A stretch of DNA of 64,000 bases from the human T2T-CHM13v2.0 reference genome, Homo sapiens, in assembly GCF_009914755.1 (NCBI RefSeq), contig NC_060926.1, one strand, 5' to 3'. The notes beneath the pieces are model-generated. The model saw only the letters and a list, made by a program, of their open reading frames with translations, was not told the DNA's origin and ran no database searches. Each line of letters starts with the position of its first letter. Position 1 is the first letter of the stretch. A program made the translations under genes and the position numbers. Of the stretch, positions 36,098 through 64,000 are shown piece by piece.

Positions 36098-37595
36098 CTA
36101 ATAATAAAACCAAAAAGGTACTTAGAATAAAAAGTTTTGAAATACTGTGCAATAGGGCTAAGAAACTGACTTTATCAACTAGATTATACATGTCTATCTC
36201 CAAATTTAGCACCATACTAACAGAAGCCAAAGATATCACTCCTAAATGAGTCACATGTAGGAATTATACCTTCACTTTCAGCAACTTAAAAGCAAAGATC
36301 ATGTCTTATTCTTCTTTAAAGAAATTAGTCCTTCAAATACTGCTGTATTTTCAGGGGAAAAAAAAGGGATATTTCTATTGAAATTGTACTGAATTTTTGC
36401 CTACAATTTATCTCGTTAAATATTGTAAATAAATTGCTAATACTAATAGCCAAAAAGATACACTAATTGCTTTGTTAAAAACAAAACAAAACAGGGCCGG
36501 GCACCGTGGCTCATGTCTGTACTCCCAGCACTTTGGGAGGCCGAGGTGGGTGGATCACCTGAGGTCAGGAGTTCGAGACCAGCCTGGCCAACAAGGTGAA
36601 ACATCGCCTCTACTAAAAATACAAAAATTAGCTGGGCATGGTGGCAGGCGCCCATAGTCTCAGCTACTCAGGAGGCTGGGGCTGGAGAATCACTTGAACC
36701 TGGGAGGCAGAGGTTGCAGTGAGCCAAGATCGTACCACTGCACTGCAGCCTGGGTGACAGTGTGAGACTCCCTCTCAAAAAAAGAAAATGAAACAAACAA
36801 ACAAAAAAAACAGAAAAAACAAAACAAAAAGACATGGGTAGGTAGTGGTGTTCTAAAGTTATGACATCTGTCCTAATTAGTTTCTTAAATACATTTACTA
36901 CTTAATGGTTTTGAAACAACTGTTTTTTAAATTTTTGAAAACTTGCTAATAAACTTTTGTTCAGAATTTAGTAGACTGTTTAATGTAGGACATCAACTAC
37001 ATAATGAAAGATGCTTTAAATGCTTTTGTCATTTCATGCAAATCAAATTAAATCAAACTATCAAATTACCAAAAATAATAACAATAAAACCCTCTCCCAA
37101 TTTTTTTAAACTAGAGTCCATAACCACATATGACCTATTAATCACAAAGTGATCAGATAGAAACTGATTACTGACATGAAGCAAACTTAAGGTCGAGACA
37201 AAAGTCTAGAAGATAAACAGATAAATAAAACAATACTATGTCTCATAAATTGTGGCAACCGGGCTAAACTGAAAAGGCTCACACACTTCCCATCAGTATT
37301 TCCCAATGAGGCACATAACTATCACAGATATTTTTAACATTAGAAAATATTGTATTAAGCAAAACAACAGTTGTTAAAACAGTATATGGTACTTATAAGT
37401 AAACCAATATGTAGAAAATAGAATTTTTTGCCTATCCTGTGTTTTCTTTTCTTTTTTTTTTTTTTTTTACAAGAGCCACGTATCACTTTTTTATTAAAGC
37501 AAGTTACCTAAACAGAGAAAATGTACACGAAATTTAGGAACAGAAGTTGGTTGTTTTAGGAGGTGAAAAGGAGAAAAAGGGACTGGATCCAATAC

Positions 37596-37732
37596 CTTGC
37601 ACCAACAAAGTACAAGTCACAGGATGGATAGTGGTAAGAGAAATCTCTCCCAAACTTTGGTATTCTGGTTTTGTAGTAAAAACCTGATTGCGAATGAAAT
37701 TCAATGTATCTATCATTATGTAAGAAGACAAT
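37596..37732 (-). CDS. NOL10: NOL10 exon 6 (IVFLHNDRYIEFHSQSGFYYKTRIPKFGRDFSYHYPSCDLYFVGA)
   Basis: Acceptor ttttcag|ATT, donor AAG|gtattg; 137 nt; visible inside track ORF 37556..37747. Confidence 0.97.
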
Positions 37733-38062
37733 CTGAAAATAAAACAAAAAAATTAGTTTGCTTAGGTTTCTAGTTAGGTGTTTACTTCATTATCGCTAAA
37801 AAACTGGCAAACCAAGGAAAACCCTTACCTCTCTCTCACTTTCTGTATCTAAACACACATGTCCATGCACACACACTCCACTGGGATTAAGAATGAAAAC
37901 ACTCCATCGGCTCCTTAATGCCTTCCTGTATCCTGATAGCTTTTCTGCAAACCTTACATACTAATTAAAGACTTGAAACAAACGCCCTTCATTTACATGG
38001 CACCAGCATGTCATAACATAGAGCACTCTCATGGTACCCTCAATGATCAGTTCCCTCTTTCA

Positions 38063-38368
<306 letters not shown>

Positions 38369-39561
38369 TCAAAAAATAAAAAACAAAAAATAATAATAAT
38401 CCCACCATTATCACACAAGTTATGATAAACTCCTTGTATACATTTGACTTTAGTGTACTAAAGGGGTATCTTAAACATCAACAGATGGTATTTAAAGGCA
38501 AATTTGTCAGTATTTAGAGAAAATACATTCTAAAATGACATGTTCCAAAACGTATGATAAATGATACCATAGACAAAAGGATAAGCTGTACCCCATAGTT
38601 TCCAAAACTGAAAATATAAAGCCATGTCAGCTAAGAAAATTCAATTTTCTTTCAAGATGCCATTTGACATCACTAAAAATGTTTCATTTTAAATTCAAGA
38701 GTTTACTGACAATTTTATAATTGTTGAAAGTGATTATAAGAGTTGAAAGATGGGTCGGGGGCAGTTGCTCACGCCTGTAATCCCAACACTTTGGGAGGCC
38801 AAGTCAGGTGGATCACTTGAGGTCAAGAGTTTGAGACCAGCCTGGCCAACCTGGTAAAACCATATCTCCACTAAAAACACAAAAATTAGCCAGGTGTGGA
38901 AGCACATGCCTGTAGTTCCAGCTACTCAGGAGGCAGAGGCAGGAGAATCACTTGAACTCGGGAGGCTGATGCTGCAATGAGCTGAAATTACGCCACTGCC
39001 CCTCCGGCCTGGGTGACAGAGCAAGGCCCTGTCTCCAAAAAAAAAGAGTTGAAAGATGGACTAATGGCACCAAAAAAGAGAAATAAATCTACTTAGCTAT
39101 ATTTTGAACTGTTTCAGAATATACCACAACCATTTGCAAAGTTAAAAAAAAATTAAACATACAACCCTGCTAGTTTACATTTCACATATAAATAAGAAAA
39201 TGAAAGCAACCTGGCAAATAAATCTAGGTTAAACGTAATAATCAGAATCACAAATCTAGAATACAGGATGATATAAAAGATGACTGCTGCCAATTCTTAA
39301 AAATACAAATAAGGTTTCATATACGATATGAAAAATTACCTTTGATATTAGATTGGCCAAAGGCTATCCGTATCACTGTATTAATATTAATAAAAAATGA
39401 TGGGTTACATTTTACTACACAGCCATTTTTGTTTAACAATAGAACTACACAGCCATTTTAGTTTAACAATAAAAATATTATAAAACTGCTTATCATTAAA
39501 ATAAATTCCACTCACTCATTTCTTGGGTCTAGTCAGTACAAACCAATGCTATAAAACATAC

Positions 39562-39599
39562 CTTTGAGTAGTCATCAGACAAAATTTCAAAGGTGACAA
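39562..39599 (-). CDS. NOL10: NOL10 exon 5 (VVTFEILSDDYSK)
   Basis: Acceptor tttttcag|TT, donor AAG|gtatgt; 38 nt. Confidence 0.95.
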
Positions 39600-39983
39600 C
39601 TGAAAAACAAGAAATAGGAAAAATACAATTATCAAACAATATTCTTAGTAACAACGCAAACCTGATGCAAAGATTCTAATTCAACACAGAAATTATACAC
39701 ATACCAGTTTTTTTCTGCCTCTACGTGAAACAAGAAGAAAATTGTCATAGTATATTGTCCCAAAACACCAACAAAAACTTAAAAGCCTCATAATTTCTCA
39801 ATACACATCAACTAGATTTCTTGTAGAACTGAATGCAAATTCACAAAATATAATGACTTCTAAATTCTGACACTCTGAGATGTTGAAAACAAAATAATTT
39901 TAAAGACTTTCAAATATACATTAAAGAACAAAAAAATTGTTGCTTAACAAAAAAGATGTCATTTTTTACCCATTCATAGTCTA

Positions 39984-40409
<426 letters not shown>

Positions 40410-40424
40410 TTAACTTGACTTCAG

Positions 40425-41756
<1,332 letters not shown>

Positions 41757-41836
41757 AACCATTCTCATTTTAAAACCAGAAAAGCAGACAACATAAAAAG
41801 CCATTTTCATGAATTCAAATTTAGCTTTTTACTCAC

Positions 41837-41914
41837 CTTCTGAATCTAAACACCTTTCAAACTTCAAGGATAATTGATAGGTGTCATAACATCGAACCCG
41901 AGGTTTATATGTTC
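41837..41914 (-). CDS. NOL10: NOL10 exon 4 (GTYKPRVRCYDTYQLSLKFERCLDSE)
   Basis: Acceptor tttgtag|GA, donor AAG|gtgagt; 78 nt, phase 1-1. Confidence 0.96.
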
Positions 41915-42119
41915 CTACAAAAAATTAATGTGATGTAAAACCTAAAGACATACTTTCATAGTCAAAACATCCAGATACATTGAGTGTACTTCTTGTTCAG
42001 AGACAGGCAGGATTAATTGTAACCAAATCAAAAGAAAGGAATGTAAAAGCAGCCCCTCTCAAACACCCCAAGGAAAAACTGAGCAAAAGCTAAACAAGCA
42101 AGTCATAGAAAACCAAACA

Positions 42120-42660
42120 AAATAACTAAGAAACCTACAAGTAATCTAACAAAATACATGCAAACAATGAAACAGTTTTGTCCACCAGAATGGCAAAGAT
42201 TAAAAAACGGTTAATATCTGTGTTGGTGAAAGTATAAAATATTCCCCTATACTGTTGTTGATTAGTATACAATTGATACAACTTCTTTGAAGGACAATCC
42301 CTAAAAACACACGATGTTTCCATACTTTCAATCTATATTTCAACTTACATAAATTGAACTCACAGAAATATATCCACAAGCCTGCCAAAGATATTAAGAA
42401 TGTTCACTGCAGCATTATTTATAAATGGTCAGCAACTGAAAGCAATAAAATGTCCACTGACAGGAAAATAGTTGAATAAATGACAATAAATCCACACAAG
42501 GGAATATTACATAGCCCATAAAGTGGATGAGGCAGACCTCAGTAGTAACCATTGACATGGAAAGCTGCCAAAACGTACTATAAAGTAAAAGTACAGGGGG
42601 AGCACAGGTGAGTGCTGGAGAATGATCCATATAATACGATCCCAATTTTGTACAATGAAA
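42120..42660 (+). mobile_element. Old mammalian L1 (L1ME-like) fragment
   Basis: gaatgttcactgcagcattattt...aaatgtccac...gaatattacatagcc. Confidence 0.6.
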
Positions 42661-42681
42661 TGGTAACTTTGGCACTTTGTC

Positions 42682-46330
<3,649 letters not shown>

Positions 46331-46457
46331 AAAGAAGGAGAAGAAGGAGAAGAAGGAGAAGAGGGAGAAGAGGGAGAAGAGGGAGAGGGAGAAGAGGGAG
46401 AGGGAGAAGAGGGAGAGGGAGAAGAGGGAGAGGGAGAGGGAGGAGAAGGAGAAAAGG
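46331..46457. repeat. Pure purine GGAGAAGA(A/G)-type repeat in an Alu tail
   Basis: Read directly. Confidence 0.92.
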
Positions 46458-47029
46458 AACCATTAATTTTGCATGGGAATAGAGGACGATTTCATAAAAG
46501 AAAGTGTCATTTAACAAATCTATATCCTAGCTTTCTTAAGTACTAGATCTGTGAGCCTAGACAAGTCACTTAATATCTCTGGATCTATAAAATGAAGAAA
46601 ATTTGAGTTTCTTCTAGTCTTCAGTAAGGGTGTCCATGTATCTTAGATTTCCTCAATTCTTTTTACCAGTTTCTGAACATAAAACTGAAGGCTAAGAGAT
46701 GTAGATAGTGTTAGTTAGTACTGAGATAATCATTAACACAAAGCAAAAGAGACTGGCCTGTGTATGTATAAAAGGTATTACCAAAAAGAAAGTGGTTGGA
46801 AAAGGAATACTGTTATCAGCAAAAAATGTTTGGACAATATACAGGACTTACGCGCCAAAATCACAACCACTAAAGGTTGGGTGATACTGTTCAACACTCC
46901 AACACACTAAAAGTTTTCTACATTTCATGATTTTTTGATAACGATAAATACTGTTAATGTAAAATCTTAGAGATATTTTTAAAAATTAGTACATTATACA
47001 GAAAATCATGTTATAAGTGACCTTTCCTA

Positions 47030-47930
47030 AAACTCTCATTCATTGTTAGTAGGAGTGCAAATGATATGATCACTTTGGGGAACGACTTAGAAGTTTCCCA
47101 GAACACTAAACATACACCTACCTAGGACTCAAAAATTCCACTCCTAGGTATTCACCAAAGACATGAAAGCTTATACCCACAAAACAGACTTCTATACGAT
47201 TGTTCATAGTGCTTTATTAGTAACAGCCAAAAACCTGAATGAAAACAGCCTAGCTGTTCATCACATGGAGAATGGGTAAATAAACTGTGGCTTAGTCATA
47301 GAATGAAATATCTTTTGGTAATAAAAAAAAAAAGAAGCTATTGACACATATAACAACATGTATGAACCTCAAATACAAAATCCTACATGAAATAAGTCTC
47401 ACAGAGAAAGAATATACAGTGTATGACTACATTTATATTAAGTTCTGAAACAGGCTAAACTTGTCTATACTGAAAAAAAATCAGCAATGGTTGTCTCTGC
47501 ATGGGTGGGAGAAATTTTCTGCAGGAAAAAAATGTTCTGTATCTTGATAGAGCTTTGAGTTACACAAGCGTGTGCATTTGTCAAAACTAACCAAATGGTA
47601 AACTTAGGATCTGTGCATTTCACCAATATAAATGTTTTTACCTTGAAAAAGGCTATAAGTAAATACTGATAAATATTGAACTCCAGCTAATGATATACTT
47701 GCTGAAGTGTTTCAGGGTGAAGTATACTGGTATCTTCAACTTACACTGAAATGCATCAAAGAAACAAGATGGACTGATACATGAACAAAGAGACAGATGC
47801 ATGGGATAAATCAAATACTGCAGAGTAAACTATTTATTGCAGAATTTAGGTAGTAGTTAAATGGGTGTTTACTATACAATTTTTTCAATATTTCTGTGTG
47901 TTTGAAATTTTTTATAATAAAATATTAGGG
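47030..47930 (+). mobile_element. Old mammalian L1 3' region (L1MC/L1ME-like)
   Basis: attccactcctaggtatt...tgttcatagtgctttatt...taaactgtgg...tgtttgaaatttttt. Confidence 0.7.
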
Positions 47931-48009
47931 TTAAAAAAAAAAAGACCTTTCCCATCGCAGCATTTCCTGGTACAAAATGCATGAAAATCATAACCAAAAA
48001 GATGCTTAC

Positions 48010-48108
48010 CAGTTGCTAAAATGTACTGTCCATCTTTTGACACCTTAATAGTGGTACACACAGTAGGCATTTCAAAGTCCTGAATAAGTTCAATTCTCCT
48101 ACGGACAT
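48010..48108 (-). CDS. NOL10: NOL10 exon 3 (DVRRRIELIQDFEMPTVCTTIKVSKDGQYILAT)
   Basis: Acceptor ctttttag|AT, donor CTG|gtaagc; 99 nt, phase 1-1; visible inside track ORF 47912..48130. Confidence 0.97.
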
Positions 48109-48426
48109 CTAAAAAGAGAGAAAAAAACAACTAGTTTAACTAACATGTGCTTATTCTCTATCATAAGAAGACAAATGGGTACCAAGCAGTCACCACAACT
48201 ATAAACAGGTGAAATTCATCCCAAATGCTTCCTGGCCTTGGGAAAGGTCACCAGCACAGCCCAACCATTAAACAGCAGAGGTTTTTTCCTTAGCTCATAC
48301 GTTGTTTTTCTAAGCTAAGTATTTCATTTTTACTTTTCAAGAATAAAAAAAGTAGCATCATTAACTGAAAAAAAATTTTCCACAACAGTGTATCAAACAT
48401 CCAGTGTTACAGGAGGAAGAGCATAA

Positions 48427-49121
<695 letters not shown>

Positions 49122-49545
49122 CAACCTCTTAAGTTTATATAAGAAACTGCTACGAAGCTGACTTATACCTCTTTTGGAACCAATTATCTGCAGACAAGAG
49201 GAAACCCCTTTGATACCTTAGGTTTTTAAAGAGTAAGTTAAACAAAATATATGGGAAAATAAATTTTCTTTCATATGTGACAAGCTATAATGAAGAAAAT
49301 ATAATGAAAACTTGTGCACCAAAATTATTTAAGTTAGAAATTTTTCTTACAATTTCTTGCTGCCGTAAATTTAAAAGAACCAACATCTTCTGCAATCACC
49401 TTTAATTGTTCAGATTCATAAACCCTACATGTAAAATTCCTTTCTTCAAGAAATGCTCATTGTCTCTGTATCTCAAACACTGATAAATGGATTTAATTTA
49501 CACGATAAGATTTTGATACACAAGAGAGCAAAGCAATTAGGGACC

Positions 49546-53080
<3,535 letters not shown>

Positions 53081-53239
53081 CGTAGAGGCTTCTCTACATT
53101 AATAAAAAGGTAAAGCCCAGAAGGAGAGAAGCAATATTTGCACAGATCAGACAACAACTGGGGTTCCACGTGTAGTTTAGGCACCACACCTCAAAGAAAT
53201 AACCAGAAAATATTAAACAGGACAAGCAGGGGTTTCCAA

Positions 53240-54830
<1,591 letters not shown>

Positions 54831-55619
54831 AAAATGAGAAAGCTCATGGGGTGTGAAGAACAACTGGAAGACAGGGAATTATTCAAACCAGAATTTTAGG
54901 AAGAAAGGAAAAACCTAAGCACTGGCTCCAAATTTTTGTAGAAGCAGACGCATGGAAGGAGAGCTATATTTATTCTGTTTTCCAAGGGCAGGACTCAGGC
55001 CAACAGTGGCATGCTATAAGGTGACATATTTGAAAACCACTTTCTAACAAGTGCAGAGTCTCAAAATGGAAATGAGCTTCCACAAAAGGTAGTGCTCAGT
55101 GGTAGTGCTTGGACAGAGGCTGGATCATCACGTATAAGAAACAAAAGACAAGTTTCAGAGCCTAAGTGTGTCATGCTGGACAAGTCACCCTTCCCCTTGC
55201 TGGATCTCAGCTGCATATTAAACGCATTATTAAATCTCAGCTGCATTACTAAACACGAGAAGATTGGAAGAGAATTACCGACGTGTCCAAGCCCTCTCCA
55301 ACTTTAAGACTAGGAATGAGGTTAAGTTCAACAAGTCTCGAAAATACTGTCCTCTACACCATAAATTCTGCAGATGCGAAGTCTGTATCTCCCTTGTTCA
55401 CTGTTGTATCCCTAAGACCTGGCAAATGATAGGGACTCCACAAACAGCTGATGGCCATATGGGGGAGAGATGTGTCAACGAATCTGCCACGTTTTCCTCC
55501 TCGATGTACGGCAGGGACTGTGAACACCCAAAGAGGCCCAAATGGTTGCGTTCTCTGGAACAGAGAACTTTACAAAAGTTCCAGCAAAGCTCACTGACCC
55601 TGATTATCCCTTGGTCCAG

Positions 55620-57042
<1,423 letters not shown>

Positions 57043-57529
57043 CTAAACCTGGATATTTCTAATTATGAAATATTTCCTTAAAGTAATCTGTTTTCATTCC
57101 TCCTGCTGAAACTCAAATACTTAACTATTTTTGGATTATAACTTTCCCAAGTGATCTTCTTACTTCCTTTGATTTAATGAACAAATTATTTTATGCCTTA
57201 CTTTCTAAAACCCAAATATTATTGTTTTGCTCTCCTACCCACAACATTTTGGAAACTCTCAAATACCAACACCACATTGCATCAGAATTAGGTTGAGAGT
57301 TCTTCGTGGACCCTATATCATTTGTCCTTATATTCCCTATCCACCCCATCCACCCCTACCCAGAGTACCAGAACAGTGCCTGGCCTCTATTAGGCATTGC
57401 TACATATTTACATTTAGCCATGTACGTAGGGATATATTCCTTAACTCTGTCCTCAAATTTAAGATCCTCCACAAATTTTTAATTTTCTACACTGGTTACA
57501 GTTAAGAAAAACTGTAAACATCTTTGGGA

Positions 57530-58092
57530 AAGGTGGCATAATAGAATGGTTAGATCACAGACTCTGGCTTGGCTTGGTGGTGCAGGCCTATTGTCCTAGC
57601 TACTAGTGAAGCCGAAGCAGGAGAATCACTTGAGCCCAGGAGTTCTTGGCTGTAGCACGCAACGAGCGTTGGGTGTCCTCAGTTTGGCATCAATATGGTG
57701 ACCCCACAAGAGCCAGGGACCACCATGTTACCTAAGGAGGTGTGAAGCGGCTCAGGTCAGAAATGGAGCAAGTCAAAACTCCCATGCTCACCAGTAATGG
57801 GATCATGCCTGTGACTAACACTGTACTCCAGCTTGGGCAACACAGCAAGACCCTATCTCTTGAAAAATAAATAAAGATCACAGACTCTGAAGCCAGACTG
57901 GCAAGATTCAAATCCCGACTGCCATTTTTAACTGAAAGACCTTAGGTAAGTTACCTAACCTCTCTGTACCTGTGTAAAATGGAGATAACAGTAGTATCCA
58001 CTTCACAGAGTTATGAGGATGAAATACATTCATATTTATAAAACGTTTGGAACCCAGTACTTGGCACATAGTAAGACCATGTAAGTGTTTGT
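57530..58092 (+). mobile_element. MIR SINE interrupted by the 7SL retrocopy
   Basis: gtggcataatagaatggttag...ttcaaatcccgactgcc...aagttacctaacctctctg...gtaaaatggagataac...tggcacatagtaag. Confidence 0.8.
57567..57874 (+). pseudogene. 7SL (SRP RNA) processed pseudogene, near full length (probably the locus annotated RN7SL832P, from memory)
   Basis: Contains the 7SL S-domain that Alus lack (gggtgtcc...ggcatcaatatggtgacc...gggaccaccatgttacctaaggagg...gtcaaaactccc). Short A tail. 15-bp TSD agatcacagactctg at 57552-57566 and 57875-57889. Confidence 0.93.
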
Positions 58093-58557
58093 AAAATAAA
58101 ACTGAAAATAAAGCCATATACCAAATAAGTGGAAATGTATCCAAATTCCATTAACATTTCCTTTTTAACAGTTTTATTGAGATATAATTAACATACTGTA
58201 AAATGTCCCCATTGAATGTACAATGTAATGACTTCTAGTGTATTCAGAGTTCTGCAACCATCACCACAATCATTTTTAGAACAAAAAGAAACCCCAGCCT
58301 CAATTAGCATTCACTCCATGCCCCATCCCCCACCCAAGCCCTAGACAACCACTAATCTACTTTCTGTTGGGGTTGTGGGTTTTTTCCATGGGGGCATCTC
58401 ACTTTGTTGTCCAGGTTGGAATACAGTGGCATGATCATGACCCACTGCAGCCTCAAACTCGAGCTCAAGCTGTCCTTCCACCTTATCCTCCTGAGTAGCT
58501 GGGAGTACAGGCACACCACCAGAGCTGGCTGTTTTGTTTTTATAGAGATGGGTCTAC

Positions 58558-58703
58558 CAGTTAAGCATCCCTAATCCAAACATTTCAAGTCCGAAATGCT
58601 CCAGTGAGCATTTCCTTTTGAGCATCACATTGACACTCAGAAAGTTTCAGATTTTGGAGCATTTTAGATTTTGGATTTTCAGATTAGGGATACTCAACCT
58701 GTA
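58558..58703. mobile_element. Tigger4/MER46-like MITE fragment
   Basis: Inverted ends ttaagcatccctaatcc...gattagggatactcaacctg. Confidence 0.7.
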
Positions 58704-58746
58704 TTTTGTAAGGGCACCAATCCCATTCATGAGAGCTCTGCCCTTA

Positions 58747-60905
<2,159 letters not shown>

Positions 60906-61126
60906 AAATACTACATTCGAACACCTTTGCAGGTTCTGGCCTTATAGGCACCTGGCCCCTCCTTCCTTTTCCAGCCAGTGCCGAAGCTGCTGCCTCTCTC
61001 CTGCATTCACTACCCTCTCCAAAAATCCTGGATTACTGACAGCCTGAAAAATACAAGGCCTCTCTCACCCTCTTCTTGCCTTTGCTCCTGCTCCTCTGGC
61101 TACTTTTAACACCCTCCTCTGCACAG

Positions 61127-61525
61127 TGCTGTGGTTTGAATGTCCCTCCAAATCTCACAGTGAAATTTAATCTCCAATGAGGCTGTATTGAGAGCTGGGG
61201 CCTAGAAGAAGTGATTGGATCATGAGGACTCTGCATTCATGGATAAATGGGTTAATGGATTCATAGGTTATCATGGGAGGGGAACTGGTGGCTTTATAAG
61301 AAAAGGAAGAGAGACCTGAGCCGGGACACTCAGCTCCTTCACCATGTGATGCCCTGCACCACATCGGGACTGCAGAGTCCCCATCAGCAAGAAGGCCCTC
61401 TTCAGATATGGCGCCTCGACCCTGGGCTTCACAGCCTCTACAGCTGTAACAAATAAACTCTTTTCCTTTATAAATTACCCAGTTTCAGGTATTCTGTAGT
61501 AAACAACAGAGAATGGACTGAGACA
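61127..61525 (+). mobile_element. MaLR solo LTR (MST family)
   Basis: tgctgtggtttgaatgtccc start; aataaa...taaattacccagtttcaggtattct...aatggactgagaca end. Confidence 0.85.
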
Positions 61526-61631
61526 CCTGGGTAACTCTCCTGAATCTTTCTTCCCCTGCAAGAGGCCCTAGAGATCAAAGTTCTCATTGTGTATCATCTC
61601 ACTGTTTTGTTTCTTAAACTAGGGCTTACAA

Positions 61632-63960
<2,329 letters not shown>

Positions 63961-64000
63961 CCACGAGTTGTATTGTCTTGACCCAGTGATTAGGAGAGGC

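Noticed and set aside
57567-57874. Functional 7SL/SRP RNA gene
   Set aside because: Many substitutions with CpG decay, a small deletion, an A tail and a TSD all mark it as a retrocopy.

Overview
Human (primate) genomic DNA, very rich in Alus. The window holds the 5' half of the minus-strand gene NOL10 (nucleolar protein 10, a WD40-repeat factor for small-subunit ribosome biogenesis, orthologue of yeast Enp2). I mapped 13 coding exons by hand, from the ATG at 55889 down to exon 13 at 10375. All introns are GT-AG and the frame is continuous (1026 nt, residues 1-342). The gene continues beyond the left edge. A CpG-island promoter with ETS, CRE-like and STAT-type motifs lies at about 55.6-56.7 kb and is split by an Alu. 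Upstream is a full-length 7SL (SRP RNA) processed pseudogene inserted in a MIR. The rest is Alus, L2, MIR, old L1 fragments, MaLR/ERVL LTRs, DNA-transposon MITEs and microsatellites. Almost all ORFs in the supplied track are Alu or low-complexity artefacts. I cannot demonstrate a wholly new biological system here. The best leads are: (1) exons 7-13 (562 nt) are bracketed by inverted Alus, and if back-spliced they encode a 200-aa ORF that crosses the junction twice; (2) a CpG-rich (TAACG)/(TGACG) pentamer microsatellite in an Alu tail; (3) a ~330-bp duplication flanking an Alu like a giant target-site duplication; (4) a 96-bp orphan retroposed insert; (5) a perfect 40-bp duplication abutting the exon 12 donor. 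Repeat boundaries and subfamily names are by-eye estimates.
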